A DNA stretch of 22,359 bases. Origin: Gemmatimonadota bacterium (GTDB lineage: Bacteria > Latescibacterota > UBA2968 > UBA8231). Location: NCBI GenBank assembly GCA_038128265.1, contig JAYPJE010000062.1, forward strand, positions 1-22,359. The letters are read 5' to 3'. The position numbers were made by a program, and so were the translations under genes. The notes below the pieces were generated by a model, which saw only the letters and a list, made by a program, of their open reading frames with translations, was not told where the DNA came from and searched no databases. Shown here piece by piece: positions 8,876 through 17,068 of this stretch (positions within the stretch are counted from its first letter, which is position 1; each line of letters opens with the position of its first letter).

Positions 8876-9709
8876 ATGGCTTTCAGCGGCGGAGGACATC
8901 GAGCGCGCAAGCGCTTTGGACAGCACTTTTTAGTTGATCGCAGCGCCGTCGATCGAATTATTGGCTTTGTCGAGCCCGCGCCGGGTGATAAGGTGGTCGA
9001 AGTCGGTCCCGGCCGCGGTGCACTGACGCGCAAATTGTTGAGTAAACTGGGCCGGCTTACAGCGGTGGAGATCGACAGGGACCTCGCCGCCATGATGCGA
9101 GAAGCATTTTCCGACAGCTCATTCGAGCTAGTAGAAGCGGATATCTTGCAGTTGGATTGGGGCGATATGGCGGCGGATGGAGAGCGCCAAAAGCTCTTTG
9201 TCGTTGGCAACCTGCCCTATAACATAACGGCGCCGTTTCTTTTTAAGGCGCTGCTGGAAGTTGACCACCTGCGCACGGCCGTGCTCATGTTGCAGCGCGA
9301 AGTTGCGCGCAGACTGGTCGCCAGACCCGGTAACAAAGAATATGGACAAATTACTGTTATGCTGGCGATGCGCGCTGAGATCCAGTTGCTGATGGACGTA
9401 GAGCGCCGCTCCTTCCGGCCAGTGCCCGGCGTCGACTCATCTGTAATCCGCATTGACTTTTTTGAGCAGCCGCGCTTTGCCGTGCGCGACGAGCAGTGCT
9501 TTGCAACAGTGGTTCGCACGGCATTTAGTCAGCGGCGCAAGATGTTGCGCAATACGCTGCGCGGCCTCGCTTCTGCCGGCGGTCGCGACACGCTGCCGGC
9601 CATAGAGTCCGAATCGGGTATCGATCTGACGCGCCGCCCCGAGCAGCTCGGCGCGGAGGAATTCGCGCGTTTGAGCGATGCATTTTCGGCGATGCGGGAT
9701 GAGCCATAG
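8876..9709 (+). CDS. rsmA: 16S rRNA m6(2)A1518/1519 dimethyltransferase RsmA/KsgA, 277 aa
   Basis: RKRFGQHFL, VEVGPGRGALT (SAM motif), VEIDRDL, VGNLPYNIT, MLQREVARRL, FRPVPGVDS, AFSQRRKMLRN. Confidence 0.97.
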   Translation: MAFSGGGHRARKRFGQHFLVDRSAVDRIIGFVEPAPGDKVVEVGPGRGALTRKLLSKLGRLTAVEIDRDLAAMMREAFSDSSFELVEADILQLDWGDMAADGERQKLFVVGNLPYNITAPFLFKALLEVDHLRTAVLMLQREVARRLVARPGNKEYGQITVMLAMRAEIQLLMDVERRSFRPVPGVDSSVIRIDFFEQPRFAVRDEQCFATVVRTAFSQRRKMLRNTLRGLASAGGRDTLPAIESESGIDLTRRPEQLGAEEFARLSDAFSAMRDEP

Positions 9710-9711
9710 CA

Positions 9712-11682
9712 ATGGGCCGCATCGCATGGCTTATTCTTCTCGCCTTCTCCTACGGCGTCGAGGCGCAGCAAAAGTACAGCCTCAACTTCAATCGCTCTAG
9801 CACGCGCACAAAGTGGAGCCACCGCCTGCCCAGCTGGCAGTACAAGGTGCCCGTGCGCCTAGCCGCTACAGGCGATTCTACCTCCCAGCTCAGCATTTCT
9901 ACTTCGGCCAGTTTGAGCTTTACGCTCGACGAGCGCAACGACCGCAAAACTTGGCAGGACAATGCCTCTCTTGGCTCGACGGTTAACTACCCCGTCTTGG
10001 GACCCAAGGCAACGATTGGCATCGGTGCCAATATGTCGCTGCGAAGCTCCACGCTGCAAAAGCAGAAGCTGCGCAACCAGACGTTTAACTTCCGCTTTCA
10101 GTACAAGCCAATTGACAAAGGGCGCTTTGACGATCTGTCGATTAGCGTGACGCCGGGGCTCATAACAAAGACGCGCGACAGTCGCGCCAATCTGGATAGC
10201 ACCATTGAGGAGACTGGAATTCAGTACAACGCCTCGCTACGCGTGTCGCCCGAAATCAAATTGGCCGGAAAAAAGCTGGGTAACTCGCTGTCGTTTAGCA
10301 AGCGCGATAATACGCTAAAAAACAACAAAGATCGCAGCGAGAGCTTTAGCAGCAGTGCCAATTACACGCTGCCCGGCGGCGTTCGCACGAGCTTTAGCTT
10401 TTCCGAGTCTCGCTCCGAGGTCGGTATCACGCGCTCCGTCGTTGGTGAGAGTGAAGTCGACGGGGTCGTGCGCCGCGACACGAGCGTGGCGGCGGAAATT
10501 TCGCAGAGTCGCAACACGGGCTTCAGTTCGAATATCGATTTCGACGTAGGCCGCTTTAAGGTGCGCAGCAGCGCCTCGTACGGGCAAAACCAGCGCACCA
10601 ACACGGCCAGTGCCGAACAGGATCCAGGCAATCGCTACTTTGGCACGGATAGGGAGAGCCGCAGTTGGAACTGGCAATCGGAGGTTTCGGGTAAATTAGT
10701 CGAACCCGTCCTATGGAATTCCAAACTGCGCTTTGAGTCGAGTGATCAGCGCAATCTGGCTGTGCGCGTGCTCGACGTAGGACGCTGTGCCAGCCACTTT
10801 GTTCGGTCGTCGGACGGAACGTGTCGCGATCCCAGCTCTGATTTGGACAACGGCCGACTGTTTCTCAATACCTCGCTCACGTGGACGCTGACGGAAAAGC
10901 ACTCGCTCAAGCTGTCGACCTGGGCCGACATAAAGCGCGCGGAGAACCCGGGCGCACCCGAACAAAATCGCGATACCTATAGCAATAGCTTCACCCTGCG
11001 CTACGATGGATCTCTGGCCGACGATGCGCGCGTCAATATCGAAATACGCAACTCCTTTTTACACCGCATTAACATGGCGGCGACGCGTTCGGGAGACAAC
11101 TCGCGCAATCGCGATATCGTGCTCGATATCGGCAGTAGCTACCAGCGCTTGGGGATTAGCATATCGCATAATTTCAGCATTTCGGCCAAGCGGACAATTT
11201 TTGACTTTGATCGCGAACTCAATCGAACCACCTCATCGCGCAAGAGCAATATTCGGCGCGGTTGGAGTATGAATCACACGGCAAACCGCAAGATACTGGC
11301 CAATTTGCGCCTGAACGGGCGCTACTCGTACTCGGCGGATGATTTCGGCACGTTGGTCGTAGAGAACGGGGCGCAAATCGTCGAAGAGGACAACAATCGT
11401 CACAGCGTTGGCGTTGGGCTGTCGTACTCGCCCATTCAGGCGTTGTCTCTTACGACGTCCTATAACTTTTTGCTGGACCGCCGCTGGGATCACGAATATG
11501 CGGGAGGGCAAGAAGCGCGCGTGCAGGACACTGGGCGCCGCAATAGAAACCGCTCGCTTAGCTTTAACGTTAGCTACTCGCCGACAAACAACCCCAACCA
11601 ACTGTCGCTGCGCGCGAGCCGCTCGCGGCAGCGCAGCGGCACATTCGACACATTTAACGTTACATACTCGCGAACTTTATAG
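9712..11682 (+). CDS. Hypothetical secreted protein, probable outer-membrane beta-barrel, 656 aa
   Basis: Signal peptide MGRIAWLILLAFSYGVEA|QQ. S/T/N/R-rich with many alternating amphipathic strands (LSISTSASLSFTL, FNFRFQY, FTLRYDG, VGVGLSYSP, LSFNVSYSP). Ends in a beta-signal-like FNVTYSRTL. Starts 2 nt after the rsmA stop. Confidence 0.65.
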   Translation: MGRIAWLILLAFSYGVEAQQKYSLNFNRSSTRTKWSHRLPSWQYKVPVRLAATGDSTSQLSISTSASLSFTLDERNDRKTWQDNASLGSTVNYPVLGPKATIGIGANMSLRSSTLQKQKLRNQTFNFRFQYKPIDKGRFDDLSISVTPGLITKTRDSRANLDSTIEETGIQYNASLRVSPEIKLAGKKLGNSLSFSKRDNTLKNNKDRSESFSSSANYTLPGGVRTSFSFSESRSEVGITRSVVGESEVDGVVRRDTSVAAEISQSRNTGFSSNIDFDVGRFKVRSSASYGQNQRTNTASAEQDPGNRYFGTDRESRSWNWQSEVSGKLVEPVLWNSKLRFESSDQRNLAVRVLDVGRCASHFVRSSDGTCRDPSSDLDNGRLFLNTSLTWTLTEKHSLKLSTWADIKRAENPGAPEQNRDTYSNSFTLRYDGSLADDARVNIEIRNSFLHRINMAATRSGDNSRNRDIVLDIGSSYQRLGISISHNFSISAKRTIFDFDRELNRTTSSRKSNIRRGWSMNHTANRKILANLRLNGRYSYSADDFGTLVVENGAQIVEEDNNRHSVGVGLSYSPIQALSLTTSYNFLLDRRWDHEYAGGQEARVQDTGRRNRNRSLSFNVSYSPTNNPNQLSLRASRSRQRSGTFDTFNVTYSRTL

Positions 11683-11738
11683 TACATTATCCACCTTGTC
11701 TTATGCGCGTATGACGCACGTAAAGGAGATATGTCTTC

Positions 11739-12662
11739 ATGCCCCCCATGCCCAAATCTGAAAAAATATGGTACAACGGCGAGTTGCTCGATTGGGACCA
11801 AGCCCACGTGCATGTGCTATCGCATGTGGTCCACTATGGCTCGAGCGTGTTCGAGGGGATTCGCTGCTATAACACCGATAAGGGCCCTGCTGTTTTTCGC
11901 CTTAAAGAGCACGTGGATAGGCTTTTTGACTCGGCGAAGATTTACCGGATGGAAATACCCTACAGCCGCGAGGAAGTATCGGAGGCGATCCTCGAAACGA
12001 TTCGCGTCAACGGCCTCAATGCTTGCTATATCCGTCCCGTTGTTTTTCGCGGCTACGGTTCGCTCGGTGTCGATCCCACGACCTGTCCGGTCGAGACGGT
12101 TATTGCCGTTTGGGAATGGGGCCAGTACTTGGGCGAAGAGGCGTTGAGAAAAGGCGTATCGGTGTGTACCTCCTCGTGGAACCGCGTGGCGCCGAATACC
12201 CTGCCCTTTTTGGCTAAGGCCGGCGGCAATTACCTCAATTCGCAGTTGGTGCGCATGGAAGCAAACGCAAACGGCTACGACGAGGGCATCGTATTGGGCA
12301 CTGATGGGCTGGTAAGCGAAGGCAGCGGCGAAAACATTTTCGTCGTGCGCGGAGATGTCATATATACGCCTGCTTCGCACTACGCCATTCTCACCGGCAT
12401 CACGCGCGACACAGCCATCGCGTTGGCGCACGATGCTGGCGTACGCGTCGAGGAGCGCGGGATTCCACGCGAGCTTCTCTACATTGCCGACGAGGTGTTT
12501 TTTACCGGAACGGCTGCAGAGATAACGCCGATTCGCCAGATCGATAAAATACAAATTGGCGCAGGAGAACGCGGCCCCGTAACGGAAAAGCTCCAAGGGC
12601 TGTTTTTTGATATTCTGCACGCCAAAGTAGAAGACCGCCATCATTGGCTGACTTTTGTCTGA
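11739..12662 (+). CDS. ilvE: Branched-chain amino acid aminotransferase (fold-type IV PLP enzyme), 307 aa
   Basis: [47 protein letters not shown] (PLP lysine), [35 protein letters not shown] at 11722-11728. Confidence 0.97.
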   Translation: MPPMPKSEKIWYNGELLDWDQAHVHVLSHVVHYGSSVFEGIRCYNTDKGPAVFRLKEHVDRLFDSAKIYRMEIPYSREEVSEAILETIRVNGLNACYIRPVVFRGYGSLGVDPTTCPVETVIAVWEWGQYLGEEALRKGVSVCTSSWNRVAPNTLPFLAKAGGNYLNSQLVRMEANANGYDEGIVLGTDGLVSEGSGENIFVVRGDVIYTPASHYAILTGITRDTAIALAHDAGVRVEERGIPRELLYIADEVFFTGTAAEITPIRQIDKIQIGAGERGPVTEKLQGLFFDILHAKVEDRHHWLTFV

Positions 12663-12685
12663 TGGATTTGCCAAGGAGATTGGAT

Positions 12686-14518
12686 ATGCGCACTGCCAGA
12701 ACGATTAGCACGCTACTCGTTGCGCTGGTTGCAACGGTTCATGCACAAGAGGATGGGGCCTGGAGTGCCGTGCAAAATATTCTCATGAATACGCAGGATA
12801 TCGTCGTACTCGACGGCACGGAGAAGGCGCCGCTGCGCCATACCGGTGAGGGCGATCCACAGTATGGCGATTGGATGGTGCGCCACATGCTGTCCGATCC
12901 GCAGAGCTTCAATCCGTATACGTCGAGCGATGCCGGCGCTTCCACCGTGATGCAGTATATCTTTGACACGCTGCTCTATGCCGAGAACGAGCCGCCCTAC
13001 GAGCTCAAGGGCAAAGTCGCTAAGAGCTATCCGCAGATTTCCGAAGACAAGCTGTCCTACACGTTTGAGCTGAGAGAGGATGTGTCTTTTTCCGATGGGC
13101 AACCGCTAACGGCCGAGGATGTGCTGTTCAGTATGAAAGTCATCCAGAATCCGCGCGTCTTGGCACCGCATATGCGCAACTACTATTCAGCGGTCAAAAA
13201 TGTCGTTAAGGATAGTGAGCGGTCGATTACGTTCGTGTGCGACGAGCCCTATTTCCGCAACGACCTTTCGCTCGGTGCCTTCGAAATTTTGCCCAAGCAT
13301 TTTTACGATCCGGAAGGATTGCTGGATCCCGTTGATATCGCCTCACTCATCGACGGTTCGTGGGAGACCGGTCCGCACAAAGAGCGCATCGAACGTTTTG
13401 CCGAACAGTTTAATCAGGATTTCAATCGCAAAATCATGGGCTCGGGTCCGTATAGAGTCGACGACATTGAGCGCGATATTGTCACACAGCAAAAAGTCGT
13501 TCTGACGCGCAATGCCGATTATTGGGGAAATGGGTATGAGGACTTGCTGGCATCGGGCTATGTCGACAAGATGGTTTTTAAGATCATCAACAATACCGAT
13601 GCGGCCTTTATCGAGCTGACCAACGGCAACTTAGACTATCATGCGCTGCGACCGCTCGAGTTTAAGGAGAAGAGCTGGTCCGCCGATTTCAACAAACGCT
13701 TTCTCAAAGGGGTTCAATACGGGGGTGGGTATACGTACCTGGGTTGGAATAACGCCCATCCTATTTTCGCAGATCGGCGCGTGCGCCAGGCCATGACGCA
13801 TTTGACCGATCGCCAGAGTATGGTGGAAAATCTGCTTTTTGGCCTGGCCGAAACGGTTGAGGGGCCTATCAGCAATTTCCGTCCGGAGTACAACCATGAA
13901 CTGCAGCCGTACGGCTACGACTACGAGCGCGCGCTCGACCTGCTCGATGAGGCCGGGTGGGGCGACGCCGATGACGACGGCATTCTCGACAAAGAGATCG
14001 ACGGTGAGAAGGTGGATTTTCGCTTTGAACTGCTCATCAATTCCGGCAACCAGATCCGCAAGGATATTGCCCTGACCCTGCAGAGCGAGTTGGCCGATGT
14101 AGGCATCGATTGCCAGGTGCGCGAGCTCGACTGGTCTATTTTTTTGCAGCGCGTTAAGAGCAAAGACTTCGCTGCGATGGTGCTCGGCTGGAGCAGCGGC
14201 GCAAAATTTGCCCCCGATGTGTACCAGATCTGGCACTCGTCGCAGGCCGAAGACCAGGGCTCGAATGCGATCAGTTTTATACACGCTGAAGCCGATAGCC
14301 TATTAGAGTCCTACAGGCGCGAGTTCGATATGGACAAGCGCATCGCGCTGTACAAGCGCTTTCAAGAAATAGTGTACGAAGAACAGCCTTACACCTTTCT
14401 ATGGAAGTCGCGCGTAGCACAGGCCTATAGCCGCCGTTTTGCCGGGGTGAACTGGTATCCTGCTGGTGCTGAATTGGCCGAATGGTGGGTCGATCAGGAC
14501 GATCGTATCTACCGCTAA
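12686..14518 (+). CDS. Family-5 (OppA/AppA/DppA-like) ABC solute-binding protein, 610 aa from ATG 12686
   Basis: SD AAGGAG before ATG 12686. Signal peptide MRTARTISTLLVALVATVHA|QED with no lipobox. Motifs DPQSFNP, YTFELREDVSFSDGQPLTAEDVLFS, MGSGPY, FADRRVRQAM, ALDLLDEAGW, YQIWHSSQ, LYKRFQEIVYEEQPYTFL. Confidence 0.92.
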   Translation: MRTARTISTLLVALVATVHAQEDGAWSAVQNILMNTQDIVVLDGTEKAPLRHTGEGDPQYGDWMVRHMLSDPQSFNPYTSSDAGASTVMQYIFDTLLYAENEPPYELKGKVAKSYPQISEDKLSYTFELREDVSFSDGQPLTAEDVLFSMKVIQNPRVLAPHMRNYYSAVKNVVKDSERSITFVCDEPYFRNDLSLGAFEILPKHFYDPEGLLDPVDIASLIDGSWETGPHKERIERFAEQFNQDFNRKIMGSGPYRVDDIERDIVTQQKVVLTRNADYWGNGYEDLLASGYVDKMVFKIINNTDAAFIELTNGNLDYHALRPLEFKEKSWSADFNKRFLKGVQYGGGYTYLGWNNAHPIFADRRVRQAMTHLTDRQSMVENLLFGLAETVEGPISNFRPEYNHELQPYGYDYERALDLLDEAGWGDADDDGILDKEIDGEKVDFRFELLINSGNQIRKDIALTLQSELADVGIDCQVRELDWSIFLQRVKSKDFAAMVLGWSSGAKFAPDVYQIWHSSQAEDQGSNAISFIHAEADSLLESYRREFDMDKRIALYKRFQEIVYEEQPYTFLWKSRVAQAYSRRFAGVNWYPAGAELAEWWVDQDDRIYR

Positions 14519-14528
14519 AAACGATTCG

Positions 14529-14963
14529 GTGCACGGGGCATATGCAGCGGATGGACCACTCTCTTGGACGGTACATCCGCTGGTGCAGGAAAGGGCGGGC
14601 AAGACGTTGGCCTTGGTCGGCACGGTGGGCGCGACGTGCTGTGCCGTCGCGCTTAGCTTTGGGCACATTGGGTACGGCATCCTGTCGCTGTGCATACTCG
14701 TCGGTTCACTGGCGAGCTATTTTTTCCCGTCGCATTACACGCTCGACGGCGCTGGCATTTCTCGCGCGCTGCTAGGGCGGCGGAGCGCTCGATCGTGGTC
14801 CGAGTTCCGGCGCGTGGATATGCGCGACAACGGACTCTTTCTCAGCACATTCGCACGTCCCAGTCGCCTCGACTCATTTCGCGGCGTATTTCTTCCATTT
14901 CACAAAAACCGCGATCAAGTCGTATATTACGTCCAACGCCATGTCGATAATAGAGCACATTAG
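14529..14963 (+). CDS. Hypothetical membrane protein, about 144 aa (two TM helices plus a beta-rich, possibly PH-like C-terminal domain); GTG start inferred
   Basis: Hydrophobic pair TLALVGTVGATCCAVALSFG / IGYGILSLCILVGSLASYFF, then PSHYTLDGAGI..RSWSEFRRV..GLFLSTF..LDSFRGVFLPF. Starts 10 nt after the SBP stop and overlaps the next gene. Confidence 0.7.
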   Translation: MHGAYAADGPLSWTVHPLVQERAGKTLALVGTVGATCCAVALSFGHIGYGILSLCILVGSLASYFFPSHYTLDGAGISRALLGRRSARSWSEFRRVDMRDNGLFLSTFARPSRLDSFRGVFLPFHKNRDQVVYYVQRHVDNRAH

Positions 14964-15282
14964 AGCACAGTGGCAGCACGCCTTTGCCATCGCCAACTCG
15001 GGTGAGGCATGGGACGATGCCGACCGGGAACTGGTCGACAAATTGGCCTCGTTTATCGTGCGGCGTGGTTTGAGCGTGCCGGCGGTTATGGTCCTCGAAT
15101 CGAGCCGCCCCATCAACTTTCTCGGCAGCCAGCTGCTCGCCTTTCTCGAGCCCTTTGCCACGCTGGTTTTTTCACGGGTAGAATACGCGCGTTTTGTGCG
15201 CCTGCTGGAGCAGCGCGATAGCGTCGATCTCATTATGGACGCCATCGCGAAATCGGAAAGCGAAACAAACGCACATGGATAA
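14941..15282 (+). CDS. Small helical hypothetical protein, 113 aa
   Basis: Overlaps both neighbours (23 nt and 8 nt). Protein-like amphipathic sequence LVDKLASFIVRRGLSVPAVMVLESSRPINFLGSQLLAFLEPF..YARFVRLLEQRDSVDLIMDAI. Confidence 0.75.
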   Translation: MSIIEHIRAQWQHAFAIANSGEAWDDADRELVDKLASFIVRRGLSVPAVMVLESSRPINFLGSQLLAFLEPFATLVFSRVEYARFVRLLEQRDSVDLIMDAIAKSESETNAHG

Positions 15283-17068
15283 AATTGACGTAGTCATCGC
15301 GACGGACTGCGGCAGCACGACGACCAAGGCCATTCTAATAGAGAAAAAGGCCGACGGGTACCATCAGACGTTTCGCGGTGAGGCGCCCACCACGGTAGAA
15401 GCGCCTTTCGAAGACGTGACGCGCGGCGTGCTCAATGCCATACAGGAGGTAGAGGAGCTCTCCGGCCGGCAGATTCTCGACGGTGAACGCATTATCACGC
15501 CAGCGGACGGGCAGCGCGGTGTCGACATATACATCTCTACTAGCAGTGCCGGTGGCGGACTGCAAATGGTCGTTTCGGGCGTCGTCAAGTCGATGACGGG
15601 TGACAGCGCGCAGCGCTGTGCGCTGGGGGCCGGTGCCATCGTTATGGACGTGCTGGCGGCCAACGACGGCCGGCGGCCACATCAGAAAATTGAGCGCATT
15701 CGCCAGCTCCGTCCCGACATGGTGCTGCTGGCCGGTGGCACCGACGGCGGTACGGTAAGCCACGTAGTCGAACTGGCAGAATACGTTGGCGCTGCCGATC
15801 CCAAGCCGCGCTTTGGCAGCGGCTTTAAGCTGCCGGTCATTTACGGTGGCAATACGGAAGCGCGTGCAGAAGTCGAAGCCGTGCTGGGCGAGAAGACGGC
15901 ATTGACCCTGACGGAGAATATTCGCCCCATATTGGAGCGGGAGAATTTGGGGCCTGCGCGTCAGGTTATTCACGACCTGTTCTTGGAACACGTAATGGCG
16001 CAGGCGCCGGGCTATAGAAAGCTGATGGACTGGACCGGTGCGCCGATTATGCCGACGCCGGGCGCGGTCGGCGAGATCATGCAGACGATTGCTCGCCAGA
16101 TGGGGATCAACGTGGTAGGCGTCGATATCGGCGGTGCGACTACAGACGTATTCAGCGTGTTCTCCGAGGTGTTCAACCGCACGGTCAGCGCTAACTTGGG
16201 TATGTCCTACAGTATCTCCAACGTCTTGGCCGAAGCGGGACTGGAACAGATTCTGCGCTGGGTGCCCTTCCAAATCGAAGAGGCCGACCTGCGCGATCGC
16301 ATCAAGAACAAGATGATTCGCCCCACGACGATCCCGCAGCTTTTACAAGAGTTACAGGTCGAACAGGCCATCGCACGCGAGGCGCTGCGCCTGGCTTTTG
16401 TCCAGCACCGCGAATTGGCCGTTGGGCTCAAAGGCGTGCAAACCGAACGCACGCTCTCAGATGTGTTTGACCAGAACGACGAGGCGGATAGTCTGGTGCA
16501 GATGATGGATCTCGACCTCCTCGTTGGCAGCGGCGGCGTCCTGTCGCACGCGCCGCGGCGCGCGCAGTCGGCGGCTATGCTCATCGATGCATTCCAACCC
16601 GAGGGCGTAACGCGCTTGGCCGTAGACAGCATTTTTATGATGCCGCATTTGGGCGTGCTGTCCACGGTAAACGAAGAGGCGGCAACGGAGGTGTTTGAGC
16701 GGGACTGCCTAATATACTTAGGCACTTGCGTTGCTCCTAAGGGATCCGGCAAGGCGGGCGAAACGTGTCTCAACTTCTCTGTTGACCTGCCCGCCGGGCG
16801 GCGCGAAGGGGCGCTGTGCGTTGGCGAATTGCACCTGCTCGAATTGAGTGCCGACGAGGAAGTTGAACTCGTGCTCACGCCCGCGCGCGACTGGGACGTT
16901 GGCGGCGGTCCCGGACAGGAGGTACGCACGGCCGTGCGCGGGGGCGTCGTCGGCCTCATCATAGACGGTCGGGGGCGGCCCATCCAAATTGCCGAGTCGG
17001 AAGGGGAACGCCTGGCGCAAATTGCAGGCTGGCATCGCACGATGAACCTCTACGGCGGAGAGCGATAA
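15275..17068 (+). CDS. GlmL/MutL (glutamate mutase L)-like ASKHA-superfamily ATPase, 597 aa from ATG 15275
   Basis: Phosphate-1 IATDCGSTTTKA, APTTVE, STSSAGGGLQM, CALGAGA, PDMVLLAGGTDGG, IYGGN, MPTPGAV, phosphate-2 VGVDIGGATTDVFS, RTVSANLGM and adenosine-type LLVGSGGVLSH are the recognisable GlmL family motifs. Confidence 0.88.
   Translation: MDKIDVVIATDCGSTTTKAILIEKKADGYHQTFRGEAPTTVEAPFEDVTRGVLNAIQEVEELSGRQILDGERIITPADGQRGVDIYISTSSAGGGLQMVVSGVVKSMTGDSAQRCALGAGAIVMDVLAANDGRRPHQKIERIRQLRPDMVLLAGGTDGGTVSHVVELAEYVGAADPKPRFGSGFKLPVIYGGNTEARAEVEAVLGEKTALTLTENIRPILERENLGPARQVIHDLFLEHVMAQAPGYRKLMDWTGAPIMPTPGAVGEIMQTIARQMGINVVGVDIGGATTDVFSVFSEVFNRTVSANLGMSYSISNVLAEAGLEQILRWVPFQIEEADLRDRIKNKMIRPTTIPQLLQELQVEQAIAREALRLAFVQHRELAVGLKGVQTERTLSDVFDQNDEADSLVQMMDLDLLVGSGGVLSHAPRRAQSAAMLIDAFQPEGVTRLAVDSIFMMPHLGVLSTVNEEAATEVFERDCLIYLGTCVAPKGSGKAGETCLNFSVDLPAGRREGALCVGELHLLELSADEEVELVLTPARDWDVGGGPGQEVRTAVRGGVVGLIIDGRGRPIQIAESEGERLAQIAGWHRTMNLYGGER

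Noticed and set aside
11701..11723. Imperfect hairpin TTATGCGCGT-ATG-ACGCACGTAA upstream of ilvE as an attenuator or terminator
   Set aside because: There is no U-tract and no Ile/Leu/Val-rich leader peptide or T-box motif, and the intergenic region is only 56 nt.
11731..12147. 138-aa plus-strand ORF whose ATG follows the AAAGGAG SD
   Set aside because: The SD-ATG spacing is only 2 nt, it overlaps ilvE out of frame, and the sequence is not protein-like. The SD fits ilvE ATG 11739.
11817..12674. 285-aa minus-strand ORF
   Set aside because: It is antisense to the confident ilvE gene and has no recognisable motifs: a shadow ORF typical of GC-rich DNA.
13963..13995. DADDDGILDKE EF-hand-like Ca-binding loop in the SBP
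   Set aside because: It is real but a common DxDxDG loop in family-5 SBPs, so not novel.
15335..17040. 312-aa and 277-aa minus-strand ORFs
   Set aside because: They are antisense to the glmL-like gene with no motifs or RBS (the 277-aa one is S/R/P-rich): shadow frames.
15275..17068. Reading 'MutL' as the DNA mismatch-repair protein, tempting given the nearby ruvCAB and holB
   Set aside because: The motifs are ASKHA/GlmL type (DCGSTTTK, DIGGATTD). The GHKL motifs of repair MutL (ENSLDAG, GFRGEAL) are absent.
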